A stretch of 64,000 nucleotides of DNA from an uncultured Clostridia bacterium (GTDB lineage: Bacteria > Bacillota > Clostridia > Oscillospirales > Acutalibacteraceae): contig CAMVDB010000002.1 of NCBI GenBank assembly GCA_947166135.1, positions 14,189 to 78,188 of the forward strand, given 5' to 3'. Of the stretch, positions 12,663-20,873 are shown in pieces. A program made the translations under genes and the position numbers. How positions within the stretch are numbered: position 1 is the stretch's first letter; the number at the start of each line of letters is the position of its first letter. The notes under the pieces were generated by a model, which was not told the DNA's origin, did no database searches, and saw only the letters and a list, made by a program, of their open reading frames with translations.

Positions 12663-12697
12663 AAAGCCTGATTCCGCTTTTGACGGAGTCAGGCTTT
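12663..12697. terminator. Bidirectional intrinsic terminator
   Basis: AAAGCCTGATTCCG...CGGAGTCAGGCTTT inverted repeat between convergent genes. Confidence 0.78.
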
Positions 12698-12725
12698 GTC
12701 TATAAATGTGTCTCAACCATTTATC

Positions 12726-13442
12726 CTATTCCGGATAGATCGCTTGATAGATCGTCGTGACCGCCTCGTCAGAGATGGTACAGCCGAGCTTATACAGCGG
12801 AACGGTCTCTACCAGTCCACCGAGAAGATCGAGCAGCACGGACAATTCGCCTTTGTCACGCGGCAGTACGGTTTGCTGCAGCAGCAGGCTCAGTCCGTCG
12901 ATCGGGGAGAGGGGAGCCGCGCTGTTTTCGGGCGCTTGCTTCAGAAAGACGATCGCTTTGATCGGTGCGCTGATATTGTTGCCGATGCCGTGCTTGCCGT
13001 TCCACGGTGAGCCGTAGATGATGTAACGTCCGTCCTTACGGCGTACCAGCGGCTTATCGTCGTTGATCATCGTGACGTCATCCCCGAAGTGCTTGCGCCA
13101 CAGCGCCGCGTGGGTGCTCTTGCCCGTTCCCGAAGGTGCGGTGAAGATGATCGCGTCCCCCTTGTAGCTCAGACACGAACAGTGCAGGAAGAATCCTTCT
13201 CTGTCGATGATGTAATCGCATATCACACGCAGGATCGCGACCGCCTCACAGATATGCATGCTCTGTGGCGTTCCGTGAATCTCCTCGCCCAGCTCCAGCT
13301 CGTACCGTATCATCTCGTCGGTCGTTTCGATATACAGCTCGTATTTTTCGCTGTCCGTGAGGAAGTCCTCCATGTATTCGTAGGTTTTCTCATATTTTGC
13401 CTTGACGGCAATATTCATTTCGGCTATTCGATAGATTTTCAT
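12726..13442 (-). CDS. P-loop protein of the HPr-kinase-related (ScmC/lasso-kinase-like) group, function unknown
   Basis: FFLHCSCLSYKGDAIIFTAPSGTGKSTHAALW, MINDDKPLVR and IYGSPWNGK motifs. Confidence 0.7.
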   Translation of the reverse strand: MKIYRIAEMNIAVKAKYEKTYEYMEDFLTDSEKYELYIETTDEMIRYELELGEEIHGTPQSMHICEAVAILRVICDYIIDREGFFLHCSCLSYKGDAIIFTAPSGTGKSTHAALWRKHFGDDVTMINDDKPLVRRKDGRYIIYGSPWNGKHGIGNNISAPIKAIVFLKQAPENSAAPLSPIDGLSLLLQQTVLPRDKGELSVLLDLLGGLVETVPLYKLGCTISDEAVTTIYQAIYPE

Positions 13443-13460
13443 AGTGACTCCGGTTACAGA

Positions 13461-14132
13461 TTATTTCTTCCCCTTTATTTTAACATAAGAATAAATAATT
13501 GCAACCGTTAAAAATACGATCAGTGCGATCACCATAACGAGAACATAGCTGACGTTTCGAAGGATCAGCCCCGCCGCGACGGTGACAAGTCCCGAGAGAA
13601 CCATCGCGATACCTCCCGCGCGGTTGGCGATATACCAGTGTTCGTCGGTATCCATCGCAAAGCTCAGCCTCATTCCCAAGAACGCGTTGGGCTTGGTTTT
13701 CGGCATAATGTTGCCCAGCAGGATAAAGATGACGCCGACGATTGCAGCGACGATGGCGGTCGCGATGCTTTCGGCGTTCATCACGGCTTTGGGCTTCATC
13801 ATCATGAACAGGACAAAGACGTTGATCGCGTTCAGTAAGACCAGCAACAGCATGACAACCGTATCGCCGATGTCGAGGTTGCGGAGTGTTCGCTCGTCAT
13901 CAATTGACGATTTCATTGTGAATTTTCTTATAAAGAATATTATAATATACATAACCAATATGATCGCAGGTAAGAGGAAAGCTTCATACTTCGAACCGTA
14001 GCGGTCAACCTGACCGTGGATGTTGATGTGTGCCGCGACGGTGTCGGGCATGATGAAGAAAACCGTGATCGCGGTATAAATCATCGGTAAAACCGCCAGG
14101 ATAGCGGTGAGGATCGCTTTGAATCTTTTCAT
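13461..14132 (-). CDS. sdpI: SdpI-family immunity membrane protein (DUF1648 + SdpI)
   Basis: MPDTVAAHINIHGQVDRYGSK, GNIMPKTKPNAFLGMRL and EHWYIANRAGG motifs; multi-pass membrane protein. Confidence 0.8.
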   Translation of the reverse strand: MKRFKAILTAILAVLPMIYTAITVFFIMPDTVAAHINIHGQVDRYGSKYEAFLLPAIILVMYIIIFFIRKFTMKSSIDDERTLRNLDIGDTVVMLLLVLLNAINVFVLFMMMKPKAVMNAESIATAIVAAIVGVIFILLGNIMPKTKPNAFLGMRLSFAMDTDEHWYIANRAGGIAMVLSGLVTVAAGLILRNVSYVLVMVIALIVFLTVAIIYSYVKIKGKK

Positions 14133-14205
14133 GATATACTCCTTTCTCTGCTTCCTTTTTCTATGGGAAGCACCCCGACAGGGGAGGATCGATATGGTTG
14201 ATCGT

Positions 14206-14463
14206 TCAGAATTGCTTCAGCCACAAGATCAGCTCGTCGAACAGCGAGGCGTTGAGTTCATAGTAGACGAAATTCTTTTCCTTAGTCTCGAATACCAGCC
14301 CGCTCTCCTTGAGTAATTTCAGGTGGTAGCTCAGCGACTGCGGCGAGATACCCAGCGCCTCGGCGATTTCACCCGCCGACATGCGGTAATGCTGCTTGAT
14401 CAGCGTCAGGATCTCCCGCCTGAGGGGATCGGACAGGGTCTTGAAGGTTTTTCCTAACGACAT
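14206..14463 (-). CDS. sdpR: ArsR-family autorepressor, SdpR-like
   Basis: FKTLSDPLRREIL..MSAGEIA..LSYHLKLLKESGLV..KEKNFVYYELN. GGAGGTG RBS before the ATG at 14463; upstream of sdpI. Confidence 0.75.
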   Translation of the reverse strand: MSLGKTFKTLSDPLRREILTLIKQHYRMSAGEIAEALGISPQSLSYHLKLLKESGLVFETKEKNFVYYELNASLFDELILWLKQF

Positions 14464-14492
14464 ACAGTCACCTCCTGCAGAATATTGCATTC

Positions 14493-14580
14493 TATTTCAA
14501 AATATTTTTAAACAGCTGTTTGAGTGTATTATAGTACCTAAACATACCTTTGTCAATAGGTATTTCAAAATATTTTTAAA
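14493..14580 (-). promoter_or_regulatory. sdpR promoter flanked by two identical 20-bp near-palindromic operators
   Basis: Minus-strand TTGACA (14556-14551)-17-TATAAT (14533-14528). TATTTCAAAATATTTTTAAA occurs at 14493-14512 and at 14561-14580. Confidence 0.7.
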
Positions 14581-14640
14581 TAATAAATTTCCTCTGTGTA
14601 ATAATGACGAAGCTGTAACCGAGATATTGTACTTTTGTTG

Positions 14641-14694
14641 TTGACACCACAATATATTGTTGTTATACTAGAGTTCCACACCAAAATATTGAGA
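14641..14694 (+). promoter_or_regulatory. nrdD promoter with tandem NrdR boxes
   Basis: TTGACA-17-TATACT. CCACAATATATTGTTG (14647-14662) fills the spacer; a second box CACCAAAATATTGAGA starts 32 bp downstream. Confidence 0.8.
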
Positions 14695-14748
14695 TAGTAC
14701 TGTGCTTGAAAAACAGATATCAGATAAACAGAAACAAAGGAGAGCAAC

Positions 14749-16923
14749 ATGAAGATTATCAAGCGTAACGGCTCTGAAGAGACCTTTAACCCGCAAAAGA
14801 TTATTGACGCCGTCCGTAAGGCGGACTGCGCCAACATCAACGGCAGACTGCTCACCGATGCCCAGATCGAGGGCATCGCCAAGACCATCGCCGATACCGG
14901 CGCCTGCGTCAGCCGCGCTCTGTCCGTGGAGGAGATCCAGGAGCTCGTCGAGACCGAGATCATGAAGCTCGGCGCATACGAGACCGCTAAGCTCTATATC
15001 CGCTATCGCTACACCCGCTCGCTTGCGCGTGTCGCCAATACTACGGATAACCAGATCCTGACCCTCATCGAGTGCAACAACGAGGAGGTCAAGCAGGAGA
15101 ACTCCAATAAGAACCCCACAGTCAATTCCGTTCAGCGAGACTATATGGCGGGCGAGGTCAGCAAGGATATCACCAAGCGAATCCTTCTGCCCGAGGATAT
15201 CGTCAAGGCGCATGAGGAAGGTATCATCCATTTCCATGACGCGGACTATTTTGCCCAGCACATGCACAACTGCGACCTCGTTAACCTCGAGGATATGCTG
15301 CAGAACGGCACCGTTATCAGCGGTACGATGATCGAGAAGCCCCACAGCTTCTCTACCGCGTGCAATATCGCGACCCAGATCATCGCGCAGGTCGCCTCCA
15401 ACCAGTACGGCGGCCAGTCAATCTCGCTGACTCACCTCGCGCCCTTCGTACAGGTTTCCCGTCAGAAGATCACGAAGCAGGTCTTGAAGGAGTTTGATGA
15501 ACTCGGCGTGATCCCGACGAAGGAGAAGGTCGAGCCGATCGTTGAGCGACGCGTCCGAGAGGAGATTAACCGCGGCGTCCAGACCATCCAGTATCAGGTC
15601 GTCACTCTGCTTACGACCAACGGTCAGGCGCCCTTTATCACCGTGTTCATGTACCTCGGCGAAGCCCGCAACGAGCAGGAGAAGAAGGATCTCGCCCTGA
15701 TTATCGAGGAGACCTTACAGCAGCGTATCCAGGGCGTGAAGAACGAGAAGGGCGTGTATATCACCCCCGCGTTCCCGAAGCTGATCTACGTGCTCGAGGA
15801 GCAGAACATCCACGAGGATTCGCCTTACTGGTACCTCACCGAGCTCGCCGCAAAGTGTACTGCAAAGCGCATGGTTCCCGATTATATCTCCGAGAAGAAG
15901 ATGCTGGAGCTGAAGATCGACAAGAACGGCGAGGGTCACTGCTATACCTGCATGGGCTGCCGCAGCTTCCTGACTCCCTATGTGGATGAGAACGGTCAGC
16001 CGAAGTACTACGGTCGCTTCAATCAGGGCGTCGTTACCATCAACCTGCCCGATATCGCTCTGTCCTCCGGCGGCGATATGGAGAAGTTCTGGCAGATCTT
16101 TGACGAGCGACTTGAGCTGTGCCATCGCGCTTTGATGTGCCGCCATAACCGCCTCAAGGGTACGCTCTCCGACGCCGCTCCCATCCTGTGGCAGAACGGT
16201 GCTCTCGCAAGATTACAGAAGGGTGAGACTATCGACAAGCTTCTCTACGGCGGCTACAGCACCATTTCTCTGGGCTACGCGGGACTGTACGAGTGCGTCA
16301 AGTACATGACCGGCAAGAGCCATACCGACCCCGACGGCGAGCCTTTCGCCCTCAAGGTCATGCAGCATATGAATGATGCATGCAAGGGCTGGAAGGAGAA
16401 GCACCGCATCGACTTCTCGCTCTACGGCACACCGCTCGAGAGCACCACTTATAAGTTCGCAAAATGCCTGCAGAAGCGCTTCGGTGTGATCGAAGGCATC
16501 ACCGATAAGGGCTATATCACCAACTCCTATCACGTCCATGTCACCGAGGAGATCGACGCGTTCTCGAAGCTTAAATTCGAAGCGAAGTTCCAGGCGCTCA
16601 GCCCCGGCGGTGCGATCAGTTATGTCGAGGTTCCCGATATGCAGAACAATATCAAGGCTGTCCTGCAGGTCATGAAGTTCATCTATGACAACATCATGTA
16701 CGCCGAGCTGAACACCAAGAGCGATTACTGCCAGGTCTGCGGTTATGACGGCGAGATCTCGATCGTAGAGGAGGACGGAAAGCTCGTCTGGGAGTGTCCG
16801 AACTGCGGCAACCGCGATCAGGATAAGATGAACGTCGCCCGCCGTACCTGTGGCTACATCGGTACTCAGTACTGGAACCAGGGACGTACTCAGGAGATTC
16901 GCGACCGCGTTCTGCATCTGTAA
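14749..16923 (+). CDS. nrdD: Anaerobic (class III) ribonucleoside-triphosphate reductase, copy 1
   Basis: ATP cone, MHNCDL, finger loop MGCRSFL, Zn ribbon CQVC..CPNC, glycyl-radical loop RRTCGYIG. Confidence 0.95.
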   Translation: MKIIKRNGSEETFNPQKIIDAVRKADCANINGRLLTDAQIEGIAKTIADTGACVSRALSVEEIQELVETEIMKLGAYETAKLYIRYRYTRSLARVANTTDNQILTLIECNNEEVKQENSNKNPTVNSVQRDYMAGEVSKDITKRILLPEDIVKAHEEGIIHFHDADYFAQHMHNCDLVNLEDMLQNGTVISGTMIEKPHSFSTACNIATQIIAQVASNQYGGQSISLTHLAPFVQVSRQKITKQVLKEFDELGVIPTKEKVEPIVERRVREEINRGVQTIQYQVVTLLTTNGQAPFITVFMYLGEARNEQEKKDLALIIEETLQQRIQGVKNEKGVYITPAFPKLIYVLEEQNIHEDSPYWYLTELAAKCTAKRMVPDYISEKKMLELKIDKNGEGHCYTCMGCRSFLTPYVDENGQPKYYGRFNQGVVTINLPDIALSSGGDMEKFWQIFDERLELCHRALMCRHNRLKGTLSDAAPILWQNGALARLQKGETIDKLLYGGYSTISLGYAGLYECVKYMTGKSHTDPDGEPFALKVMQHMNDACKGWKEKHRIDFSLYGTPLESTTYKFAKCLQKRFGVIEGITDKGYITNSYHVHVTEEIDAFSKLKFEAKFQALSPGGAISYVEVPDMQNNIKAVLQVMKFIYDNIMYAELNTKSDYCQVCGYDGEISIVEEDGKLVWECPNCGNRDQDKMNVARRTCGYIGTQYWNQGRTQEIRDRVLHL

Positions 16924-16924
16924 T

Positions 16925-17455
16925 ATGAATTATTGCAACATCAAATTTAATGATATCGCCGACGGGGAAGGGGTGCGCACGACGCTGTTCGTGTCCGGTT
17001 GCACCAATCGCTGCAAGGGCTGCTTCCAGCCGGAGACATGGGACTTCTCCTACGGCGAAACGTTCACAAAGGAAACGGAGGATACGATCCTCAAGAGCCT
17101 CGAGCCCTCCTATATCGACGGTTTGACCCTTCTCGGCGGCGAGCCGTTCGAGCCCGAGAATCAGTTTGCGCTGCTGCCGTTTATCAGGCGGGTAAAGGAG
17201 CGTTTCCCTGATAAAACTGTTTGGGCGTTCACCGGCTTTGTCTATGACCGAGATCTGATCGAGGGCGGTCGCAGGCATACACCCGATACCGACGAGCTGC
17301 TTAGCCTGATCGATATTCTGGTTGACGGTCCGTATATGGAGGAGCGCCGCAGCCTGATGCTTCAGTTCCGCGGCAGCGAGAACCAGCGCGTGATCGACAT
17401 GCAAAAGACCCTCGTAAAAGGAGAGGTCGTCCTCTGGGATAAACTGGTGAGATAA
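16925..17455 (+). CDS. nrdG: Anaerobic RNR activating radical SAM protein, copy 1
   Basis: DGEGVRTTLFVSGCTNRCKGCF, LGGEPF and FRGSENQR motifs. Confidence 0.93.
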   Translation: MNYCNIKFNDIADGEGVRTTLFVSGCTNRCKGCFQPETWDFSYGETFTKETEDTILKSLEPSYIDGLTLLGGEPFEPENQFALLPFIRRVKERFPDKTVWAFTGFVYDRDLIEGGRRHTPDTDELLSLIDILVDGPYMEERRSLMLQFRGSENQRVIDMQKTLVKGEVVLWDKLVR

Positions 17456-17466
17456 TATATAAAAAC

Positions 17467-17499
17467 ACCCCGCAGGGCTTCCGGAAAGCCTTGCGGGGT
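17467..17499. terminator. Bidirectional intrinsic terminator
   Basis: ACCCCGCAGGGCTT...AAGCCTTGCGGGGT hairpin between convergent genes. Confidence 0.75.
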
Positions 17500-17517
17500 T
17501 CGTTGCGTTGTGATGCT

Positions 17518-18603
17518 TTATACCGTCACCAGATTGACGACGACAGCCGCGACGAGGATCACGCCGTACAGGATCAGGGAGGGTACGAGCGGGATCTTTG
17601 CGAGCAGCGCTTCGAGCTTCTTCAGCGGGATGCTGAATAGACTCAGCGAGAGCAGCAGTCCTACGATGACTGCGATCGTCAGGACCGTGATCTTCCACAG
17701 GGGATCGCCCAGCGGCAACAGAAGGTCGTAAGCGCCGACGTGCCAGAGCAGAAGTACTACGGGGTAGTGCCAGAAATAGACCCCCAGCGTATTGCGCCCC
17801 ATGCGCGTCAGCAGCGGTACCTTGCGGTTAGGCACACAGGCGAGTACCGAGATGATCAGTACCGCCGAGATGCCGTAGCACAGCAGTCGGTGATAGAAGG
17901 TACAGCCCTCGATCGGGATGATGCTGTAGGGGTTACGCCCCGTGAACAGCATCCTCAAAGGATAGATCGCTTCGCGCATCCTGAAGCACAGCACGAAGTA
18001 TATGATCAGGAAGGCGACTCCCGCCAGCTTCACCTGCGTTTTGTGAGAGAAGCGGCGTACCGTATGCGGCGTCAGATAATAGCCCGCCGCAAAGAACGGG
18101 AGAAAGACGCAGTAACGCATCAGATAGAATTCATCCCTCAACGGCAGAAATCCCGCCAGCGTTCCGATCAACACCGAGCCGATCAGCACGATTCGATAAT
18201 CGACGCGTCTGAGCAGGTACATCGTGACATTATACATGAATACGACGAAGAGGTACCACTCCATCGTCGCACCGCCGAACATATCCAGTCCCACGTCCTC
18301 GCCGTTCCAGCGGCGCATGAGGAAGATGATGATCTTCAACAGGATACCCAGTATCAGGTAGTAACCCGCCTTCTGGATATTCGGCTTGCCGTCGTTCTTA
18401 TACTGCTTGTGAAACAGACCGCTGAGGAAGATGTACATCGGCGCGGTGAACGAGCTGACAAAGACAAACCAGCTTCGGAACATATCGCTCTTGTCGGTGA
18501 ATTCCTCGGCAAAGCTGCCGACGACGACCAGCACCATGACCAGCAGCTTCACATTATCAAATTTGTAGATGCGCGCTCTGCCGCTTTCGCTGATCATAGG
18601 CAT
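17518..18603 (-). CDS. Acyltransferase family 3 membrane protein (polysaccharide O-acetyltransferase-like)
   Basis: RIYKFDNVKLLVMVLVVVG, APMYIFLSGLF, EWYLFV and MGRNTLGVYFWH motifs; multi-pass membrane protein. Confidence 0.8.
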   Translation of the reverse strand: MPMISESGRARIYKFDNVKLLVMVLVVVGSFAEEFTDKSDMFRSWFVFVSSFTAPMYIFLSGLFHKQYKNDGKPNIQKAGYYLILGILLKIIIFLMRRWNGEDVGLDMFGGATMEWYLFVVFMYNVTMYLLRRVDYRIVLIGSVLIGTLAGFLPLRDEFYLMRYCVFLPFFAAGYYLTPHTVRRFSHKTQVKLAGVAFLIIYFVLCFRMREAIYPLRMLFTGRNPYSIIPIEGCTFYHRLLCYGISAVLIISVLACVPNRKVPLLTRMGRNTLGVYFWHYPVVLLLWHVGAYDLLLPLGDPLWKITVLTIAVIVGLLLSLSLFSIPLKKLEALLAKIPLVPSLILYGVILVAAVVVNLVTV

Positions 18604-18682
18604 GCCTCTTTATACTTTATCGTCATTGTCTGATTCCGTGAGGAATCGCGGATGTCTCAACTGCTTGGGATGAACTATCTGG

Positions 18683-18711
18683 ATTATACAGAACTTGTCG
18701 ATAAATGTCAA
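18683..18711 (-). promoter_or_regulatory. SigA-type promoter of the acyltransferase gene
   Basis: Minus-strand TTGACA-17-TATAAT. Confidence 0.7.
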
Positions 18712-18741
18712 ATATTTCGCGCTTCTTTTCCTCGATTTCCA

Positions 18742-18897
18742 TTGACGAACCCCTTCTGTTGTGGTACTATAGAGCTACAGGATGACCTGACATAAAGGAC
18801 AGCCCGGCTGTCCTGAGGGAAAGGCGCCGACAAGATGACTTTTGCCCTATCATGGGATAAGTGCTTTTGCCGCGCCGCAGTGCGCGGTTTTTTCTTT
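18742..18897 (+). promoter_or_regulatory. Promoter plus structured leader with an intrinsic terminator upstream of the hydrogenase maturation operon (candidate attenuator)
   Basis: TTGACG-17-TACTAT with extended TG; 8-bp hairpin at 18796-18814; terminator CCGCGC/GCGCGG followed by TTTTTTCTTT at 18870-18897. Confidence 0.6.
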
Positions 18898-18957
18898 GAT
18901 ATAAAGTCATTCGATGGTTTTACCCGCGGCAAACGAAGCCGCTGTAAAGGAGGTATT

Positions 18958-19203
18958 ATGGAAACAAGAGTCGCTGTCATCAGCATCATCGTCGAGAACG
19001 ACAGCTCTACTGCTGAACTGAATAGCTTACTCTCGGGCTTTTCGGACTATGTGATCGGACGAATGGGTGTACCCTATAAGGAGCGCGGTGTGCGGTTGAT
19101 CAGTGTGGCGGTCGACGCGCCGCAGGATAAGATAGCCGCTTTAAGCGGTCGGATCGGCTCTCTCGACGGCGTATCGGTCAAGACTGCGTACGCTTCCATA
19201 TAA
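18958..19203 (+). CDS. TM1266-family putative iron-only hydrogenase system regulator (ACT/NikR-C-like)
   Basis: METRVAVISIIVE..LNSLLS..VIGRMGVPY..ISVAVDAPQDKIAALSGRIG..GVSVKT. AAGGAGG RBS; upstream of hydG. Confidence 0.85.
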   Translation: METRVAVISIIVENDSSTAELNSLLSGFSDYVIGRMGVPYKERGVRLISVAVDAPQDKIAALSGRIGSLDGVSVKTAYASI

Positions 19204-19278
19204 TTGTCATTAGGAGGCTTCCTGAGGAGCCACTGATAACTCATCAAACATATTCATGAACATAAAGGAGATATAATT

Positions 19279-20727
19279 ATGGCTGTTTACGATCCAAAAT
19301 CCCTCCATGCGGAGGAGTTTATCAACGATGAAGAGATTCGCGAAACACTGGAATACGCGGAGAAGAACAAGAACAACATGGAGCTGATCAACTCGATCCT
19401 CGAGAAGGCTCGCCCGATCCCGACCGCCGGCGGATGCCGCTGCAACGGTCTGACCCACCGCGAAGCTTCCGTTCTGCTTGCCTGTGAGGATCCCGAGGTC
19501 ACCAAGCGTATCTATGAGATCGCCGAGGAGATCAAGCTCGCCTTCTACGGCAACCGTATCGTCATTTTTGCACCGCTGTATCTGAGCAATTACTGCGTCA
19601 ACGGCTGTTTGTACTGCCCCTATCATATGAAGAATAAGACCATCCCCCGCAAGAAGCTCACCCAGGAGGAGGTTAAGGCGGAGGTCATCGCCCTGCAGGA
19701 TATGGGTCATAAGCGCCTTGCGATCGAGAGCGGCGAGGATCCCGTGATGAATCCGATCGAGTATATCCTCGAGTGCATCGATACCATCTACAGCATCAAG
19801 CATAAGAACGGCGCGATCCGCCGCGTGAATGTCAATATCGCCGCTACCACCGTCGAGAACTACACCAAGCTCAAGAACGCGGGTATCGGCACCTATATCC
19901 TGTTCCAGGAAACCTACCACAAGGAGAGCTACCTCCACCTGCATCCGACCGGCCCCAAGCACGATTACGACTATCATACCGAGGCGATGGACAGAGCGAT
20001 GTTCGGCGGTATCGACGACGTCGGTCTGGGTGTATTGTTTGGTCTGGAGCTGTATAAGTATGAGTTCGCGGGCCTTTTGATGCATGCTGAGCACCTTGAG
20101 GCTGTTCACGGCGTAGGCCCGCACACGATCTCTGTACCCCGCGTCAAGCGCGCCGACGATATCGACCCCGACGAGTTTGACGGCGGTATCGATGACGAGA
20201 CCTTCGAGAAGATCACCGCCTGCATCCGTCTGGCGGTACCCTATACCGGTATGATTATCTCCACCCGCGAGTCCGAGGCTGTCCGCAGTAAGCTTCTGCG
20301 TCTCGGTATCTCTCAGGTATCCGGCGGTTCGCGTACCTCCGTCGGCGGCTATACCCAGAAGCTCCGTCCCCACGATACCGAGCAGTTCGATGTATCCGAC
20401 CAGCGTACCCTTGACGAGGTTGTCGCGTGGTTGATGCAGAGCGGTCATATCCCGTCCTTCTGTACCGCCTGCTACCGCGAGGGGCGTACCGGTGATCGCT
20501 TTATGTCGCTGTGCAAGAGCGGCCAGATCCTCAACTGCTGTCATCCCAATGCGCTGATGACCCTTGCCGAGTACCTTGTAGACTATGCGTCTCCCGAGAC
20601 AAAGGCGATCGGCTTCGATATGATCGAGAAGGAGCTGAGGCGTATCCCCAAGGAGAAGGTGCGTGCGATCGCGGCGCAGAATATCGAGGCTATCAAGAGC
20701 TCTAACCGCAGAGATTTCAGATTCTGA
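19279..20727 (+). CDS. hydG: [FeFe]-hydrogenase H-cluster radical SAM maturase HydG
   Basis: APLYLSNYCVNGCLYC, LFQETY and C-terminal PSFCTACYR..LNCC cluster motif. Confidence 0.93.
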   Translation: MAVYDPKSLHAEEFINDEEIRETLEYAEKNKNNMELINSILEKARPIPTAGGCRCNGLTHREASVLLACEDPEVTKRIYEIAEEIKLAFYGNRIVIFAPLYLSNYCVNGCLYCPYHMKNKTIPRKKLTQEEVKAEVIALQDMGHKRLAIESGEDPVMNPIEYILECIDTIYSIKHKNGAIRRVNVNIAATTVENYTKLKNAGIGTYILFQETYHKESYLHLHPTGPKHDYDYHTEAMDRAMFGGIDDVGLGVLFGLELYKYEFAGLLMHAEHLEAVHGVGPHTISVPRVKRADDIDPDEFDGGIDDETFEKITACIRLAVPYTGMIISTRESEAVRSKLLRLGISQVSGGSRTSVGGYTQKLRPHDTEQFDVSDQRTLDEVVAWLMQSGHIPSFCTACYREGRTGDRFMSLCKSGQILNCCHPNALMTLAEYLVDYASPETKAIGFDMIEKELRRIPKEKVRAIAAQNIEAIKSSNRRDFRF

Positions 20728-20739
20728 AAGTATCATAAC

Positions 20740-20851
20740 GTCATTGCGAGGGGCTGGCATACTGTCAGCCCCGTGGCAATCTCCGTGTAATTGCCGACAA
20801 TTGTAAGAGGAAGGGGCTTCCCGCGTCGGGGTTTGATTTCCTCGCTATGAG
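20740..20851. repeat. Palindromic intergenic repeat element (GTCATTGCGAGG...CCTCGC type)
   Basis: Left end GTCATTGCGAGG, internal hairpin GGGGCTGGCA..GTCAGCCCC, GTGGCAATCT, degenerate right end CCTCGCTATGAG. Confidence 0.55.
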
Positions 20852-20873
20852 ACTAATATTTGAGGATGATTCT

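Noticed and set aside
18835-18957. N-terminal extension of the TM1266 ORF suggested by the ORF track
   Set aside because: It runs through the leader terminator. The AAGGAGG RBS and the family N-terminus support a start at 18958.
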